Shown one piece after another: positions 1-9,929 of a stretch of 64,000 bases of DNA (positions are counted from its first letter, which is position 1; each line of letters starts with the position of its first letter). Source of the DNA: Candidatus Latescibacterota bacterium. Its GTDB lineage: Bacteria > Latescibacterota > UBA2968. Below the pieces are notes generated by a model. That model made no database searches. It was not told the DNA's origin and saw nothing but the letters and a program-made list of their open reading frames with translations. Where the stretch lies: contig OZ240241.1 in the NCBI GenBank assembly GCA_965198115.1, positions 4,480,001 through 4,544,000 on the forward strand. Direction: 5' to 3'. A program made the translations under genes and the position numbers.

Positions 1-1964
1 CGGTGGATACCCGAGGGAGTCCGGCAGTTTGGAGACAGACCCCGCCCACCCTCACTCAGGATGGAGCGGTCATTCTTCGCGAAGCTTACAACTTCGACTC
101 GTCGCGTAACGACCAGATCGTCTCGGGCCTGGGCTCCGATCTCTACCGGGAGAACCAGGAGACCACCTCGGCCGGCATCCACCGCCGGGAACAGACCTGG
201 ACGTGGGAGCACACGGACTATGACGACATAAGGTTCGTTATTCACACCTACACATTCCCTACCACACCCTACCAGCCCGACCCCCGCGTGGGCGAGCGGG
301 GTGCAGGCCCGGCCCCGGAGATCGCCACCAGAAACGCCGACGGCCACAAGCAATTCTTCATCTCCCACCACTGGTTCCAGTCTTCCGACAACCGTTCACC
401 GTCGGGCGGCTCGTTCATCACGCCCAACCCCGGCGAGGGCTCCCGTACCTGGGAAGCGTTCGGTGTCGACCTGGGGGCCCTGGACGAAGTCCGCTACTAC
501 GAAGACGACCTCACAGGTCCGATAGGTACCGCGGGTACGGAAGATCGAGCCGTCCTTCTGTGGTCTCACGACGGTGACGCTCAGGATTCCCCCGGCTTCC
601 GGTCCGACCAGGACGACCGAGGCGATCCGGCGCCGGGCCCGGGGTCTAGGCTCGATGCGGCTGCCCAGACACTCATCCAGCCTGGCGAGTTCCTCGAGTC
701 GATGGCCAAAGGCTGGCTCTTCCTCCACGTCGACAAGACACCGGTCACCGATCCTGGAAGCCTCGCCAGTCTCGAAGGCAACAACTGGCTCACTAGCGCC
801 GACGACGCCGAGAGCACCCAGCCACGTTCGGCGAGATGGATCGACGACGTCTCCTGGACGAGTACCGAGAGCACCGACATCGATACGGTTTACGATTTCT
901 TCACCGAGGCCAACACGACGCGCGCCGACCGAATCGTGCTCACGGATGTTGACGATCCGACGTGGACCGGCGCAATACAGGACTTCGTCGAGATGAGAAT
1001 GACCTGGGGCCCGTGGGACCAGATCCGCCCCGGCGAAAGCATTCGCTTCATCACGGCCTGGCTCGTCGCGGGGCCGAACTTCGACGACAACATCAGTGTC
1101 GGCTCGCAGTGGTTGAACGGCCAAATCTCCTTCTCGGAGAAGGAAGCCTTCCTCAATTCTGCCATCGACTCGCTCGATGGCGCGGTCGCTTCGACTCGGA
1201 CCGCGTGGGCAAACAGAAATACCGTTTCCGACGTAGTCAGCACGCTCACGCCTCTCTCCGCCATTCCGATCGGCATTCAGCCTGTCGGCCCGCTAGCACC
1301 GGATTGGCCCGATAACGTCACCTACGATTCGGGCCCCGGACAGAACGAGATCAGCTGGGACGCGGTCAGTGGTGCCGACGCCTACCGGATCTACCGGATG
1401 CTCGGGTTCCACACCCGGATCCCGACCGACGACTTCATCTCGCGAAACGGCAGACACTACATCGGGGAGACGACTGGGACGAGCTTCACCGACACCGACG
1501 TCGTCCGTGGCACGCGCTACTACTACGCGGTCACGTCCGTCGAGAACGTGGGCGGCGACGAGCGCGAGAGTGTCTTCATGGCCACGCGCAGCGAGGCATT
1601 GGGCGTCAGCCCGTTCGCGGCCCCGATCACTTCGAGCAGCGAGCTCGATAAGATCCGCGTCGTACCCAACCCCTACCAGATCCGGGGCGGCGAGTTGTCT
1701 CAGGGCGGGTTCAACTTCGACGGCCAGCCCGACAAGCTGTTGTTCGTCAACCTTCCCTCACGGGCCATCGTCAGGATCTTTTCAATCACAGGCGACATCA
1801 TCAACGAGTTGCGCCATACGGTGGGATCGGGCGACCTGTCCTGGGACCTGATGGTCAACGACAACAACCAGTTCATTACGCCCGGGATTTACATCGCCCA
1901 CATCACGAGCGAAGATCCGTCCGTACCCGGTACCCACATCGAGAGATTCGTGGTCGTCCGTTAA
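1..1964 (+). CDS. Large secreted protein, 5'-truncated by the window edge; FN3-like domain plus T9SS-type C-terminal sorting domain
   Basis: FN3-like 'ISWDAVSGADAYRIYR...FTDTDVVRGTRYYYAVTSV'; C-terminus 'IRVVPNPY...VRIFSITG...WDL...PGIYIAHI...RFVVVR'; directly upstream of a PorV-family gene. Confidence 0.75.
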   Translation, partial: VDTRGSPAVWRQTPPTLTQDGAVILREAYNFDSSRNDQIVSGLGSDLYRENQETTSAGIHRREQTWTWEHTDYDDIRFVIHTYTFPTTPYQPDPRVGERGAGPAPEIATRNADGHKQFFISHHWFQSSDNRSPSGGSFITPNPGEGSRTWEAFGVDLGALDEVRYYEDDLTGPIGTAGTEDRAVLLWSHDGDAQDSPGFRSDQDDRGDPAPGPGSRLDAAAQTLIQPGEFLESMAKGWLFLHVDKTPVTDPGSLASLEGNNWLTSADDAESTQPRSARWIDDVSWTSTESTDIDTVYDFFTEANTTRADRIVLTDVDDPTWTGAIQDFVEMRMTWGPWDQIRPGESIRFITAWLVAGPNFDDNISVGSQWLNGQISFSEKEAFLNSAIDSLDGAVASTRTAWANRNTVSDVVSTLTPLSAIPIGIQPVGPLAPDWPDNVTYDSGPGQNEISWDAVSGADAYRIYRMLGFHTRIPTDDFISRNGRHYIGETTGTSFTDTDVVRGTRYYYAVTSVENVGGDERESVFMATRSEALGVSPFAAPITSSSELDKIRVVPNPYQIRGGELSQGGFNFDGQPDKLLFVNLPSRAIVRIFSITGDIINELRHTVGSGDLSWDLMVNDNNQFITPGIYIAHITSEDPSVPGTHIERFVVVR

Positions 1965-1979
1965 CGCAGGAGGGGAATA

Positions 1980-3101
1980 GTGAAACGCATACTACAAGGA
2001 CTCGGGCTGGTCGCGATCTGCCTGAGCTTGGTGACGGGCGATGTGCTCGCCCAAAAAGAAATTTTCAACTTCCCGGGACGCCTGCGTGAACTGTCCGAAT
2101 TCCTCCCGGGTGCCGAAGAAGCGGCCCCGACGCAAATCAAGTCGGGTCAGTCCGGATTCACGTTCCTGAAGCTTCCGACCGACGCGCGTACGGCCGCCAT
2201 GGGCGATGCCGGAAACGGTCTGATCGGGAGTGCGGCAGGACTGTTCTACAACCCGGCGACGCTGGCCTTCCTGGACAGCCGGGAGGCTTTCTTCACGCAG
2301 GTTCAGTGGATCGCCGACATAAAGATGTCGGTCGGCGGGGTCGCCATAAACCTGCCTGCGCACGGTACTGTCGCCGTGGGTTTCCAGACGCTCGATGCAG
2401 GAACCTTCCGGGGGACTGCGATCGACGGCGATCCATCGAACCTGGCAGGATTCAACGAGACGGGAGATTTTACGACGTCGAACTACGCCGTGACCGTGGG
2501 CTACGGGTTCAAGATCACCGATCGGTTCTCCTTCGGCGCCAGCCTGAAGTACGCCAGTCAGGACCTGACCGCCGGCACCATAGGGGACAATATCCTCATC
2601 GGTGGACAGGTGTCGGCAGCGGACAATTCGAAATCGGTCGTCGCATTCGACGTATCGACCTACTTCAACACCGGGTTCCGCAATACGGTGCTGGCCGCCA
2701 GCATCCGTAACTTCAGCTCGGAGTTGACCTACCAGCGGGACCGGTTCGAGCTGCCACGCAACATCCAGCTCGGGCTGCTGTTCGACCTGATCTCGTTATC
2801 CGGTAACACGCCCGCGCCTCACCACCTCGACCTGGCAACCGATCTGAACAACCCCGTCGATTTCGACGAGCGGGTCAGCTTGGGCCTGGAATATCAGTTC
2901 CGCCAGCCAGGCGGCCAAATCGGGTTTTCCGCACGCGGTGGCTGGAAGTTCAACCACGACACCGAGGACTACTCGGCGGGTGCTGGCATCAACTGGATGA
3001 ACGAAGAGGGAAGAGGCTTCCGGGTAGATTACGCTTTCCGCCACTTCAACGGGAACTTCTTCGATAACGTCAACATTTTCAGCGCTGGGATCATGTTTTA
3101 A
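1980..3101 (+). CDS. PorV/PorQ-family (UPF0164-like) outer-membrane beta-barrel
   Basis: Signal peptide; 'FLKLPTDARTAAMGDAG...LFYNPATLA' motif; terminal Phe; RBS aggagggg. Confidence 0.85.
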   Translation: MKRILQGLGLVAICLSLVTGDVLAQKEIFNFPGRLRELSEFLPGAEEAAPTQIKSGQSGFTFLKLPTDARTAAMGDAGNGLIGSAAGLFYNPATLAFLDSREAFFTQVQWIADIKMSVGGVAINLPAHGTVAVGFQTLDAGTFRGTAIDGDPSNLAGFNETGDFTTSNYAVTVGYGFKITDRFSFGASLKYASQDLTAGTIGDNILIGGQVSAADNSKSVVAFDVSTYFNTGFRNTVLAASIRNFSSELTYQRDRFELPRNIQLGLLFDLISLSGNTPAPHHLDLATDLNNPVDFDERVSLGLEYQFRQPGGQIGFSARGGWKFNHDTEDYSAGAGINWMNEEGRGFRVDYAFRHFNGNFFDNVNIFSAGIMF

Positions 3102-3121
3102 TCCAGCCTGATCGCAAGCTC

Positions 3122-3163
3122 GGCAAAGGCCGCGGATCTTTGGATCTGCGGCCTTTGTCTTTT
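3122..3163 (+). terminator. Rho-independent terminator
   Basis: ggcaaaggccgcggatc-tttg-gatctgcggcctttgtc followed by tttt. Confidence 0.8.
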
Positions 3164-3286
3164 GATCCCGTGGCGAGGAGATCCACCTGGCAATCGCTCT
3201 TCCGTGAACAGGAATGTATCGAAACCGCACACAGCCCATCACCGTCGACCGTCCTTTGTCCTCAGTCTTCTGAATCAGTTATCTTG

Positions 3287-6013
3287 ATGCCTATGCTGCG
3301 GTTCCTGAAGACCACCCTTTGCTTCACGTTCTTAGTCACTGCCTCCACAGACGCCACGCAGGTCGTCCTCGACGATGGCTCCGTCCTAAAGGGCCGCATA
3401 CTCGACTCCACACCCGACAGCCTGATGCTCGAAACCAACGTGTTCGGTCGCATTTCTGTTCCGCATCAAAGGATCATCTTCACAAAGTCGGCTGACGGCA
3501 GGCACCTCCCTCCACGAGCCGGGGAAACCGAACCGCCTCCCATTTTGCAGGACAGCTATGGCGCCGGAGAAGACAGCATCGCGGTCGCTATGATTCGCGA
3601 GGCCATCGGCAACGCGGCAACCGAGGTTTTCACGACCCTCGATGCCGATCAAAAAGCACGCTACCTCGACCGTCTTTGGAGCCGGCGCAGCAGGCTCTTC
3701 CACAAATACTACTATGGCTACCACCTGGGTCGTCGCCGCTTCTCGGTGTCCGAAGCTTACTTCGAACGCGGAAACCTTTTCCAACGTCGCTACCTCACCG
3801 GTTTTCCGTCGCCGCACCCCGACAACATCAAAGAAGCCATCGCCTACATTCAGCGCGCTCTGTCGTTCGACCCCGAAGATCCGGTAGCACTCTGTGCACT
3901 GGGATATCTGAATCTTGAGCGTGATCATATAAAAGAGGCGCGCAAGCTCTTCCTGAAGGCCATCACGAAGGACCGTCGTCTCGTCGAAGCCCGCAACGGG
4001 CGCGCGCTGGCCATTCTCAAGATACACCACCAGAAGGCCAAGGCGCTCAGACTGTTCCGCGAGACGTGCGCGATGGACCGTGAATACATCGGGGCCAGCT
4101 ATGCCATGGGCATGTGTTACCTGGCCACCATGGGAAAGGATCGTGTCGGCCTCGACGAATATTTCGGAAAGGTTGTTCGACTCGATCCCAATCACCACGA
4201 TGGCTGGTTCAAGCTGGGTGTCTTCTACGAGTCCCTGCGCTACATCGATCGCGCAGCAGAATCTTACTCGCGCCAGCTGGCCGTCAACCCGAACCACGAA
4301 AGGGCGTCCGAGCGTCTGGCTCGTGTGAGCATACAGCTCGAGAGCGACAGTAAGGAGCATCTCTCACACAATAAGCTCATCGAGCTCGCGCGGCGCAGGC
4401 CGAAGCACTACCTGACCCTGCTCGCGGAATCCTACATCGAACGGGGTGAGTATCTCGGGGCGGAATCGGCCTACCAGAAATATCTCGAGATCCTTCCGTT
4501 CTCCGAGCGCCAGCATTTCGAGGATCTTTCCCTGATCGCCAAACGCGAAGCATTCGAGGAAATCGAGTCGGCCTACGGCAGGGATGAGCGGAACCGCGCG
4601 ATCCGTCGATTCTGGGCCCTACAGGATCCCACGCCGACCACACCCGTCAACGAGCGTCGCGTCGAACATTACCGGCGCGTCGCGCACGCGCGCAGATACT
4701 ATGCCGACGGCGTCAATCCAACGAGAGACATCGGTTGGGATCGGCGCGGCGACCTGTATGTACGGTTCGGCCACCCCGATCATACCTCCTCCACCGACTT
4801 CCTCGTGTTCGAGACCGACCCCCGGGTGGTCAAAGTCAAGAATCGGCTGAACGCCCTGGCCCACAACGCCCTGCACGAAGTCGTTCCGCCCCAAAACCTC
4901 GCGTCGGGCGCGGCGCCCTTTGCGGAGATCAACATCCGGGGAATCCCGACGTTCCCACTCCCCCGCCGAACAACGATGTTCACCGACGGTGTCGAATCAG
5001 GCTACAAGTGGGAAAGCTGGATCTACGGACACCTCGCGGGGGGGTTCGAAGTCACCTTCATCGACGAATTCGGCAGGGGATTCTACGAATTCGCCGTGCC
5101 ACCCCCGGGAACGCGCTACCCCATTTTTTGGCAACAGATGTCGCCCGAAGCCATCGTAGGCCGTATCGTCAGCGACCGGCCTTCTATCTACGAACACGAT
5201 TACGGGGGCGATCCACTCACCCTGTTCGTGACCACCGCCGGATTCAGAGGGGTCGGAGAAGAGACGAACCAGGAGATTTATCTGGGTCTTCCGCTAAAGG
5301 AGATCGCCCACGGCCGGAAAATTCGATTGCAGCTCGAGTTCGCACTCTACGACCGGAACTGGCGCATCGTTCGCACCACTCAGAATGAAATCGAGCAACA
5401 CCTTTCCTCGACGCCCGCCGGAGATGACCTATTCATCGATCAGGTCGTCGAACAAATTCATTCGGGATCCTATTTCCTCGCCCTTCAGGTCCGTGACCCG
5501 GAGACGGGGAACATCCAAATCTACAAGACCCCCGTTGAGATTCCCGATCTCAGCAGGAGTGAACTGCAGATCAGTGACATCGAGCTGGCAGGTCGCATCC
5601 GCCCGGCGGACGGAAGGACCGGCCCCTTCACCAAAGGGGACCTGGAGGTGCTGCCCCTCCCCACAAAGCGTCTGCTCGACGGCCAGGCCCATCTCTATTT
5701 CGAGATTTACAACCTCGCCCGCGACGAGTTCGGTAGAACACGGTATCTTGTGGATTACGAGACCACTTCTGAGACAGGGGTGACCGTGGTTGCCGCGCTC
5801 GGGCGGCTGCTCGGGGGAGGTCCTACGGAGGTGGCGTCATCGGTCTCCTACGAGCACACCGGGTCCTCCCAAAACGAGGCCATGCACGTCAGCCTCGCCC
5901 TTCCCGACACCGACGCGTCTCTCGTCGACCTGACCGTTCGCGTGACCGACCTGGTCGCGCAAGGCGAACCCCGCGCCGAGCGAGCGCTCCACATCGGTGG
6001 CTCTCCCCCGTGA
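3287..6013 (+). CDS. TPR + GWxTD-domain secreted protein (paralog 1)
   Basis: Signal peptide from ATG 3287; TPR repeats; 'RRFWALQDPTPTTPVNERRVEHYRRVAHA...GWDRRGDLYVRFGHPD'; 'YFEIYNL' in the C-terminal beta region. Confidence 0.85.
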   Translation: MPMLRFLKTTLCFTFLVTASTDATQVVLDDGSVLKGRILDSTPDSLMLETNVFGRISVPHQRIIFTKSADGRHLPPRAGETEPPPILQDSYGAGEDSIAVAMIREAIGNAATEVFTTLDADQKARYLDRLWSRRSRLFHKYYYGYHLGRRRFSVSEAYFERGNLFQRRYLTGFPSPHPDNIKEAIAYIQRALSFDPEDPVALCALGYLNLERDHIKEARKLFLKAITKDRRLVEARNGRALAILKIHHQKAKALRLFRETCAMDREYIGASYAMGMCYLATMGKDRVGLDEYFGKVVRLDPNHHDGWFKLGVFYESLRYIDRAAESYSRQLAVNPNHERASERLARVSIQLESDSKEHLSHNKLIELARRRPKHYLTLLAESYIERGEYLGAESAYQKYLEILPFSERQHFEDLSLIAKREAFEEIESAYGRDERNRAIRRFWALQDPTPTTPVNERRVEHYRRVAHARRYYADGVNPTRDIGWDRRGDLYVRFGHPDHTSSTDFLVFETDPRVVKVKNRLNALAHNALHEVVPPQNLASGAAPFAEINIRGIPTFPLPRRTTMFTDGVESGYKWESWIYGHLAGGFEVTFIDEFGRGFYEFAVPPPGTRYPIFWQQMSPEAIVGRIVSDRPSIYEHDYGGDPLTLFVTTAGFRGVGEETNQEIYLGLPLKEIAHGRKIRLQLEFALYDRNWRIVRTTQNEIEQHLSSTPAGDDLFIDQVVEQIHSGSYFLALQVRDPETGNIQIYKTPVEIPDLSRSELQISDIELAGRIRPADGRTGPFTKGDLEVLPLPTKRLLDGQAHLYFEIYNLARDEFGRTRYLVDYETTSETGVTVVAALGRLLGGGPTEVASSVSYEHTGSSQNEAMHVSLALPDTDASLVDLTVRVTDLVAQGEPRAERALHIGGSPP

Positions 6014-8562
6014 CCGCGTTGTTCGCCCTTGCGTGCACGGCATGCCTTACTGTGGCGCACGCCGATGAGGTCGAGCAGTTAAGTCTTCTACCCGAATTCG
6101 ACGACGCTCACCACGCCATCAGCAAACGCCTGATCGAGCGTGAGGCCGGCCCCGACAGCAGCAGTCATTACTCGGGCCTCCACGACGACGCGAAGGCGGC
6201 CTTCCTCGACCGGTTCTGGGCACGCCAGAATCCCCTTCTGCATCGATTCTACTACGGCTACCACCTCGGAAAGAGACGGTTTACGGTCTCCCACGCCTAC
6301 TTCGAACGGGGCGATCTGATCCCCAAGATGTATCGCTGCGATTGGCCCCCGCCCGATTCGGCCCTCGTCGCCGAGGCTGTAGAGCTGACTGGGCTGATCG
6401 TCGAGGCGCTCCCCGAAGATGCGGTCGCGCTCAATGCTCGGGGCTACACACTGCTCGAAGCCGGGCGAGCCCTGGAAGCCGAGAAGCTGTTCCTCCGGGC
6501 CTGTGAGATCCAGCCTGACTTCCCGGAGGCCCGAAACGGTTGGGGGCTGTCTTACCTTCCCCAAAAAAAACGGCTGATGGAGGGCCTCTACCACTTCCGT
6601 GATGCCATCGCCAGTGGCGGACAGTATGCCGGTGCGTGGTACAACCTGGCCATGTGTCACCTCGCGATGGGCAGCATCGACCTCGATCATCGCTTTAGCC
6701 AGGTCACCCAGCGATTCCCGAATCACCCCGATGCCTTCCACAAACTCGGCGTCGTGTTCGAAGAGCTTTATAATTACAAACGTGCGGCGGGCGCCTACTC
6801 GAACCAACTAATGGTCAATCCGGACCATCGCCACGCGCGAGCCCGGCTCGCTCGCGTGAATCTCGAGATGTCCTGGACGCGACGCCGCCACTACGACATT
6901 CCAGACGTGGAGGCCCTCGTCGAGCAGGACCCCGTTCGGTATCTGCCCCTGCTCGCCGCCACCTACCTGGCCAAAGAGGACTACGAAGCGACGGAGGAGA
7001 CCTACAACCGCTACTTCAAACTCATCCCGGGACATTTGAAGAGGCATTTTGACGATGTCACGCTGCTCGCCACACGGAAGGAATTCACCGAAATCGAGGG
7101 TGCAGAAGACGTCCACCGGAAGCGTCTCCTGCGACAGTTCTGGCTGCGTCTCGACCCGACACCCGTCACAAGAATCAACGAGCGACGACTCGAGCACTTT
7201 CGCCGCGTGCACTATGCCCTCCGCAATTTCGGACTTGGGAAAAAGCCGTGGGACGTGCGGGGCGACGTCTACATCCGGCTCGGGCACCCCAATCACCGTT
7301 CGTGGTCGGAAAACCTCGTGTTCGAGACGCATCCCAAAGCGGTTCGTGTCAAGAGCCGCCTGAACGAACTCGTCCATCGTGCCAAGGGCGAGATCATGCC
7401 TTCTGATTTCAACACGAGGCCAGGTCTGTTTCTCGCACGGGAGTTGGGTGAGATTCGGGGGATTCCCATCTTTCCCGTTCCCCATCGTGGAAGCCCCTTC
7501 GCCGGCGTCGCCACGCTCAACGCCCGGTGGGAACTCTGGATCTACGGAGACGTTCTCGAAGGAGTCGAGATCACCTTCGTCGACGAGTACGGCGACGGAC
7601 TCTACGACTTTGCGCAGCCGCCACAATCCTCGTCCTACCACAGCCTGTGGCTGTCTCTCGCGCCCGAAACGATCTACCAGAGGGCGGTTTCGGAATCTCC
7701 CTCCCACTACACATTCGACTATAAGGGTGCCCCGCTCGATCTTCACGTCGACCACGCCGTCTTCCGCGATAACGACCGTTCCGCCGTGGAGATCTACATC
7801 GGCGTGCCGTGGAACCAGATCGGGCTGCAGCCACGGGGCAACGTTCTGTTCGGACAGCTCGACCGCAAGGTCGCCGTTTACGACGAGGATGTCCGGCTGG
7901 TCTACGCTGATACCGTCCGCATCGCCCAGGGGATTTCGGACGAATCGCAGGCCGGACCCGGAACACTCATGGTCGATCAGATTCGTGTTCCGATCGTGCC
8001 GGGGACTTACTTCCTGGGAGTCGACGTCCGGGATCCGGGAACGCAGAAAACTCAGGCACTCCTCAAAAAAATTCAGGTCCAGGATTTCCAGGCATCGGAG
8101 TTCGCACTAAGCGAGGTCGAGATCGCCGGTCAGATTGTCGATGCCGACCGCGAGATGGGTCACCAGTTTCTCAAGAACGAGCTGACGGTTCTCCCGCTGC
8201 CGTCGCGGACGTTCGCGCGGGATGCGCAGATCTACCTTTACTACGAAGTCTACAATCTGCTCAGGAACCGCGATGGACAGAGCCGCTATCGTGTCGACTA
8301 CCACATCCGAGGCGGCAAGCCAAAGGGGGCCCGACGTATCCTGGGTGGTCTCGCAAGGCTGATCGGAACATCCGCAGAGAGCGATGAGCTCCGCGTCTCC
8401 TACGAACACGAAGGGTTCAGCGCTTCCGAACCCATGTACATCGCGCTCGACGTGGATCCAGTCGACCGAGAGGAAATCGAAGTGGCCGTGCGTGTCACGG
8501 ACCTCATGCGAAACGACGAGCCGACGGCCAGCCGGGTTGTCGGCGTCAAACGAGGGAGATGA
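6010..8562 (+). CDS. TPR + GWxTD-domain secreted protein (paralog 2)
   Basis: GTGA overlap with paralog 1; 'RQFWLRLDPTPVTRINERRLEHFRRVHYA...PWDVRGDVYIRLGHPN'; 'YYEVYNL'. Confidence 0.85.
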   Translation: MTALFALACTACLTVAHADEVEQLSLLPEFDDAHHAISKRLIEREAGPDSSSHYSGLHDDAKAAFLDRFWARQNPLLHRFYYGYHLGKRRFTVSHAYFERGDLIPKMYRCDWPPPDSALVAEAVELTGLIVEALPEDAVALNARGYTLLEAGRALEAEKLFLRACEIQPDFPEARNGWGLSYLPQKKRLMEGLYHFRDAIASGGQYAGAWYNLAMCHLAMGSIDLDHRFSQVTQRFPNHPDAFHKLGVVFEELYNYKRAAGAYSNQLMVNPDHRHARARLARVNLEMSWTRRRHYDIPDVEALVEQDPVRYLPLLAATYLAKEDYEATEETYNRYFKLIPGHLKRHFDDVTLLATRKEFTEIEGAEDVHRKRLLRQFWLRLDPTPVTRINERRLEHFRRVHYALRNFGLGKKPWDVRGDVYIRLGHPNHRSWSENLVFETHPKAVRVKSRLNELVHRAKGEIMPSDFNTRPGLFLARELGEIRGIPIFPVPHRGSPFAGVATLNARWELWIYGDVLEGVEITFVDEYGDGLYDFAQPPQSSSYHSLWLSLAPETIYQRAVSESPSHYTFDYKGAPLDLHVDHAVFRDNDRSAVEIYIGVPWNQIGLQPRGNVLFGQLDRKVAVYDEDVRLVYADTVRIAQGISDESQAGPGTLMVDQIRVPIVPGTYFLGVDVRDPGTQKTQALLKKIQVQDFQASEFALSEVEIAGQIVDADREMGHQFLKNELTVLPLPSRTFARDAQIYLYYEVYNLLRNRDGQSRYRVDYHIRGGKPKGARRILGGLARLIGTSAESDELRVSYEHEGFSASEPMYIALDVDPVDREEIEVAVRVTDLMRNDEPTASRVVGVKRGR

Positions 8563-8563
8563 A

Positions 8564-9859
8564 GTGAATAGACTGATTTACGCAGTGCTTCTGACCATCA
8601 CGATGTGGGGAATGCGACCGCCAGAGGGAATCGCCGCAACCGGAGATATCTACGTCGTCGCCGGAACCGGAAAATCGGGCTTCAGTGGTGATGGCGGGTC
8701 GGCCATGAACGCTGAATTGAGGGTTCCGTCAACGACAGTTGCCGACGGAAAAGGCCAGCTCTATGTCGTCGATACATCCAACAACCGCATTCGGCTGATC
8801 TCGCCCGAGGGTATCATCCGAAGCATCGTCGGAAACGGACAGCGCATCTATTCTGAGGACGGTCTCGACGCCCTCAAGACGGCGCTCCTGACGCCCTCTT
8901 CCGTGTTCGTCGATCGAACAGGCATCATCTACTTCTCCGAATGGAGCGGCCACCGCGTTCGGCGTGTCGACCCCGACGGCCGGATCTGGACCGTCGCTGG
9001 AAACGAGCAATCCGGTTACGTGGGTGAGGAGTTGAACGCGATCGAGACGTCCCTCGGGACGCCGTCCCGCATCTTCATCGACGGCCAGGGGCGTCTCTAC
9101 ATCTCCGAATGGAGCGCAAATCGGGTTCGACGTGTCGGTCGCGATGGAACGATCAACACGGTGGCCGGCAACGGCAAAGCCGACTTCGGCGGCGATGGTG
9201 GACCCGCGACGGACGCCTCGCTGAGATCTCCCAACGGCATCTTTGTCACCGACGACGGCATCCTCTACATCGCGGATCTCGGAAACAATCGCATCAGACG
9301 CGTCACTCCCGACGGCATCATCACATCCGTAGCAGGCGACGGCATTCCCGAATGGGCGGGCGACGGAGGCCCCGCCTCGATCGCGAGGCTGAACAGACCC
9401 TCAGGAGTCTTCGTCGATGCCAGGGGCGACCTCTACATCGCCGACTCGAGGAACAAGCGTATCCGTCGGATCGACGCCGACGGCATCATCTCTACCGTCG
9501 CTGGCGGAGGACAGACGGCCCCGCACAGTTTCGGCCCGGCCACGCAGTCGCTCCTCCGAAGTCCGTCCGACGTCTTCGTCGACGCCAAAGGCGACCTCTA
9601 CATCACCGACGGCTCGATCAGCATGATTCGCCGAGTCGAAGGGATCGCCACCCCGACCACGTTGGCAGCGCTCCGCCCGGACGCCCGGGTCTTCTACGAG
9701 CACCAACCCATCGGTCTCCTCGACGTGCTTCGAGTCTTCGCTCACTTCGGCCGCCAATCGGGATCGAACGAATTCGACCCACGGCTCGACGTCGACCCCG
9801 ATGGCCGAATATCCCTTGCCGACGTACCCGGCGTCCTCGCAGCCGCGATCGGGTTCTAA
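8564..9859 (+). CDS. Secreted NHL-repeat beta-propeller with degenerate dockerin-like EF-hand tail
   Basis: GTG start 1 nt after the previous stop; repeats 'VAGxG..G..GDGGPA..A.L..P.G.FVD..G.LYIAD..N.RIRR'; tail 'FDPRLDVDPDGRISLADV'. Confidence 0.85.
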   Translation: MNRLIYAVLLTITMWGMRPPEGIAATGDIYVVAGTGKSGFSGDGGSAMNAELRVPSTTVADGKGQLYVVDTSNNRIRLISPEGIIRSIVGNGQRIYSEDGLDALKTALLTPSSVFVDRTGIIYFSEWSGHRVRRVDPDGRIWTVAGNEQSGYVGEELNAIETSLGTPSRIFIDGQGRLYISEWSANRVRRVGRDGTINTVAGNGKADFGGDGGPATDASLRSPNGIFVTDDGILYIADLGNNRIRRVTPDGIITSVAGDGIPEWAGDGGPASIARLNRPSGVFVDARGDLYIADSRNKRIRRIDADGIISTVAGGGQTAPHSFGPATQSLLRSPSDVFVDAKGDLYITDGSISMIRRVEGIATPTTLAALRPDARVFYEHQPIGLLDVLRVFAHFGRQSGSNEFDPRLDVDPDGRISLADVPGVLAAAIGF

Positions 9860-9929
9860 CATCTTGGACAGAACCGGACGCTTTCGATGCCGATGACTCC
9901 TCGACGCAGGGATTCCGGTTAGGCCCAAA

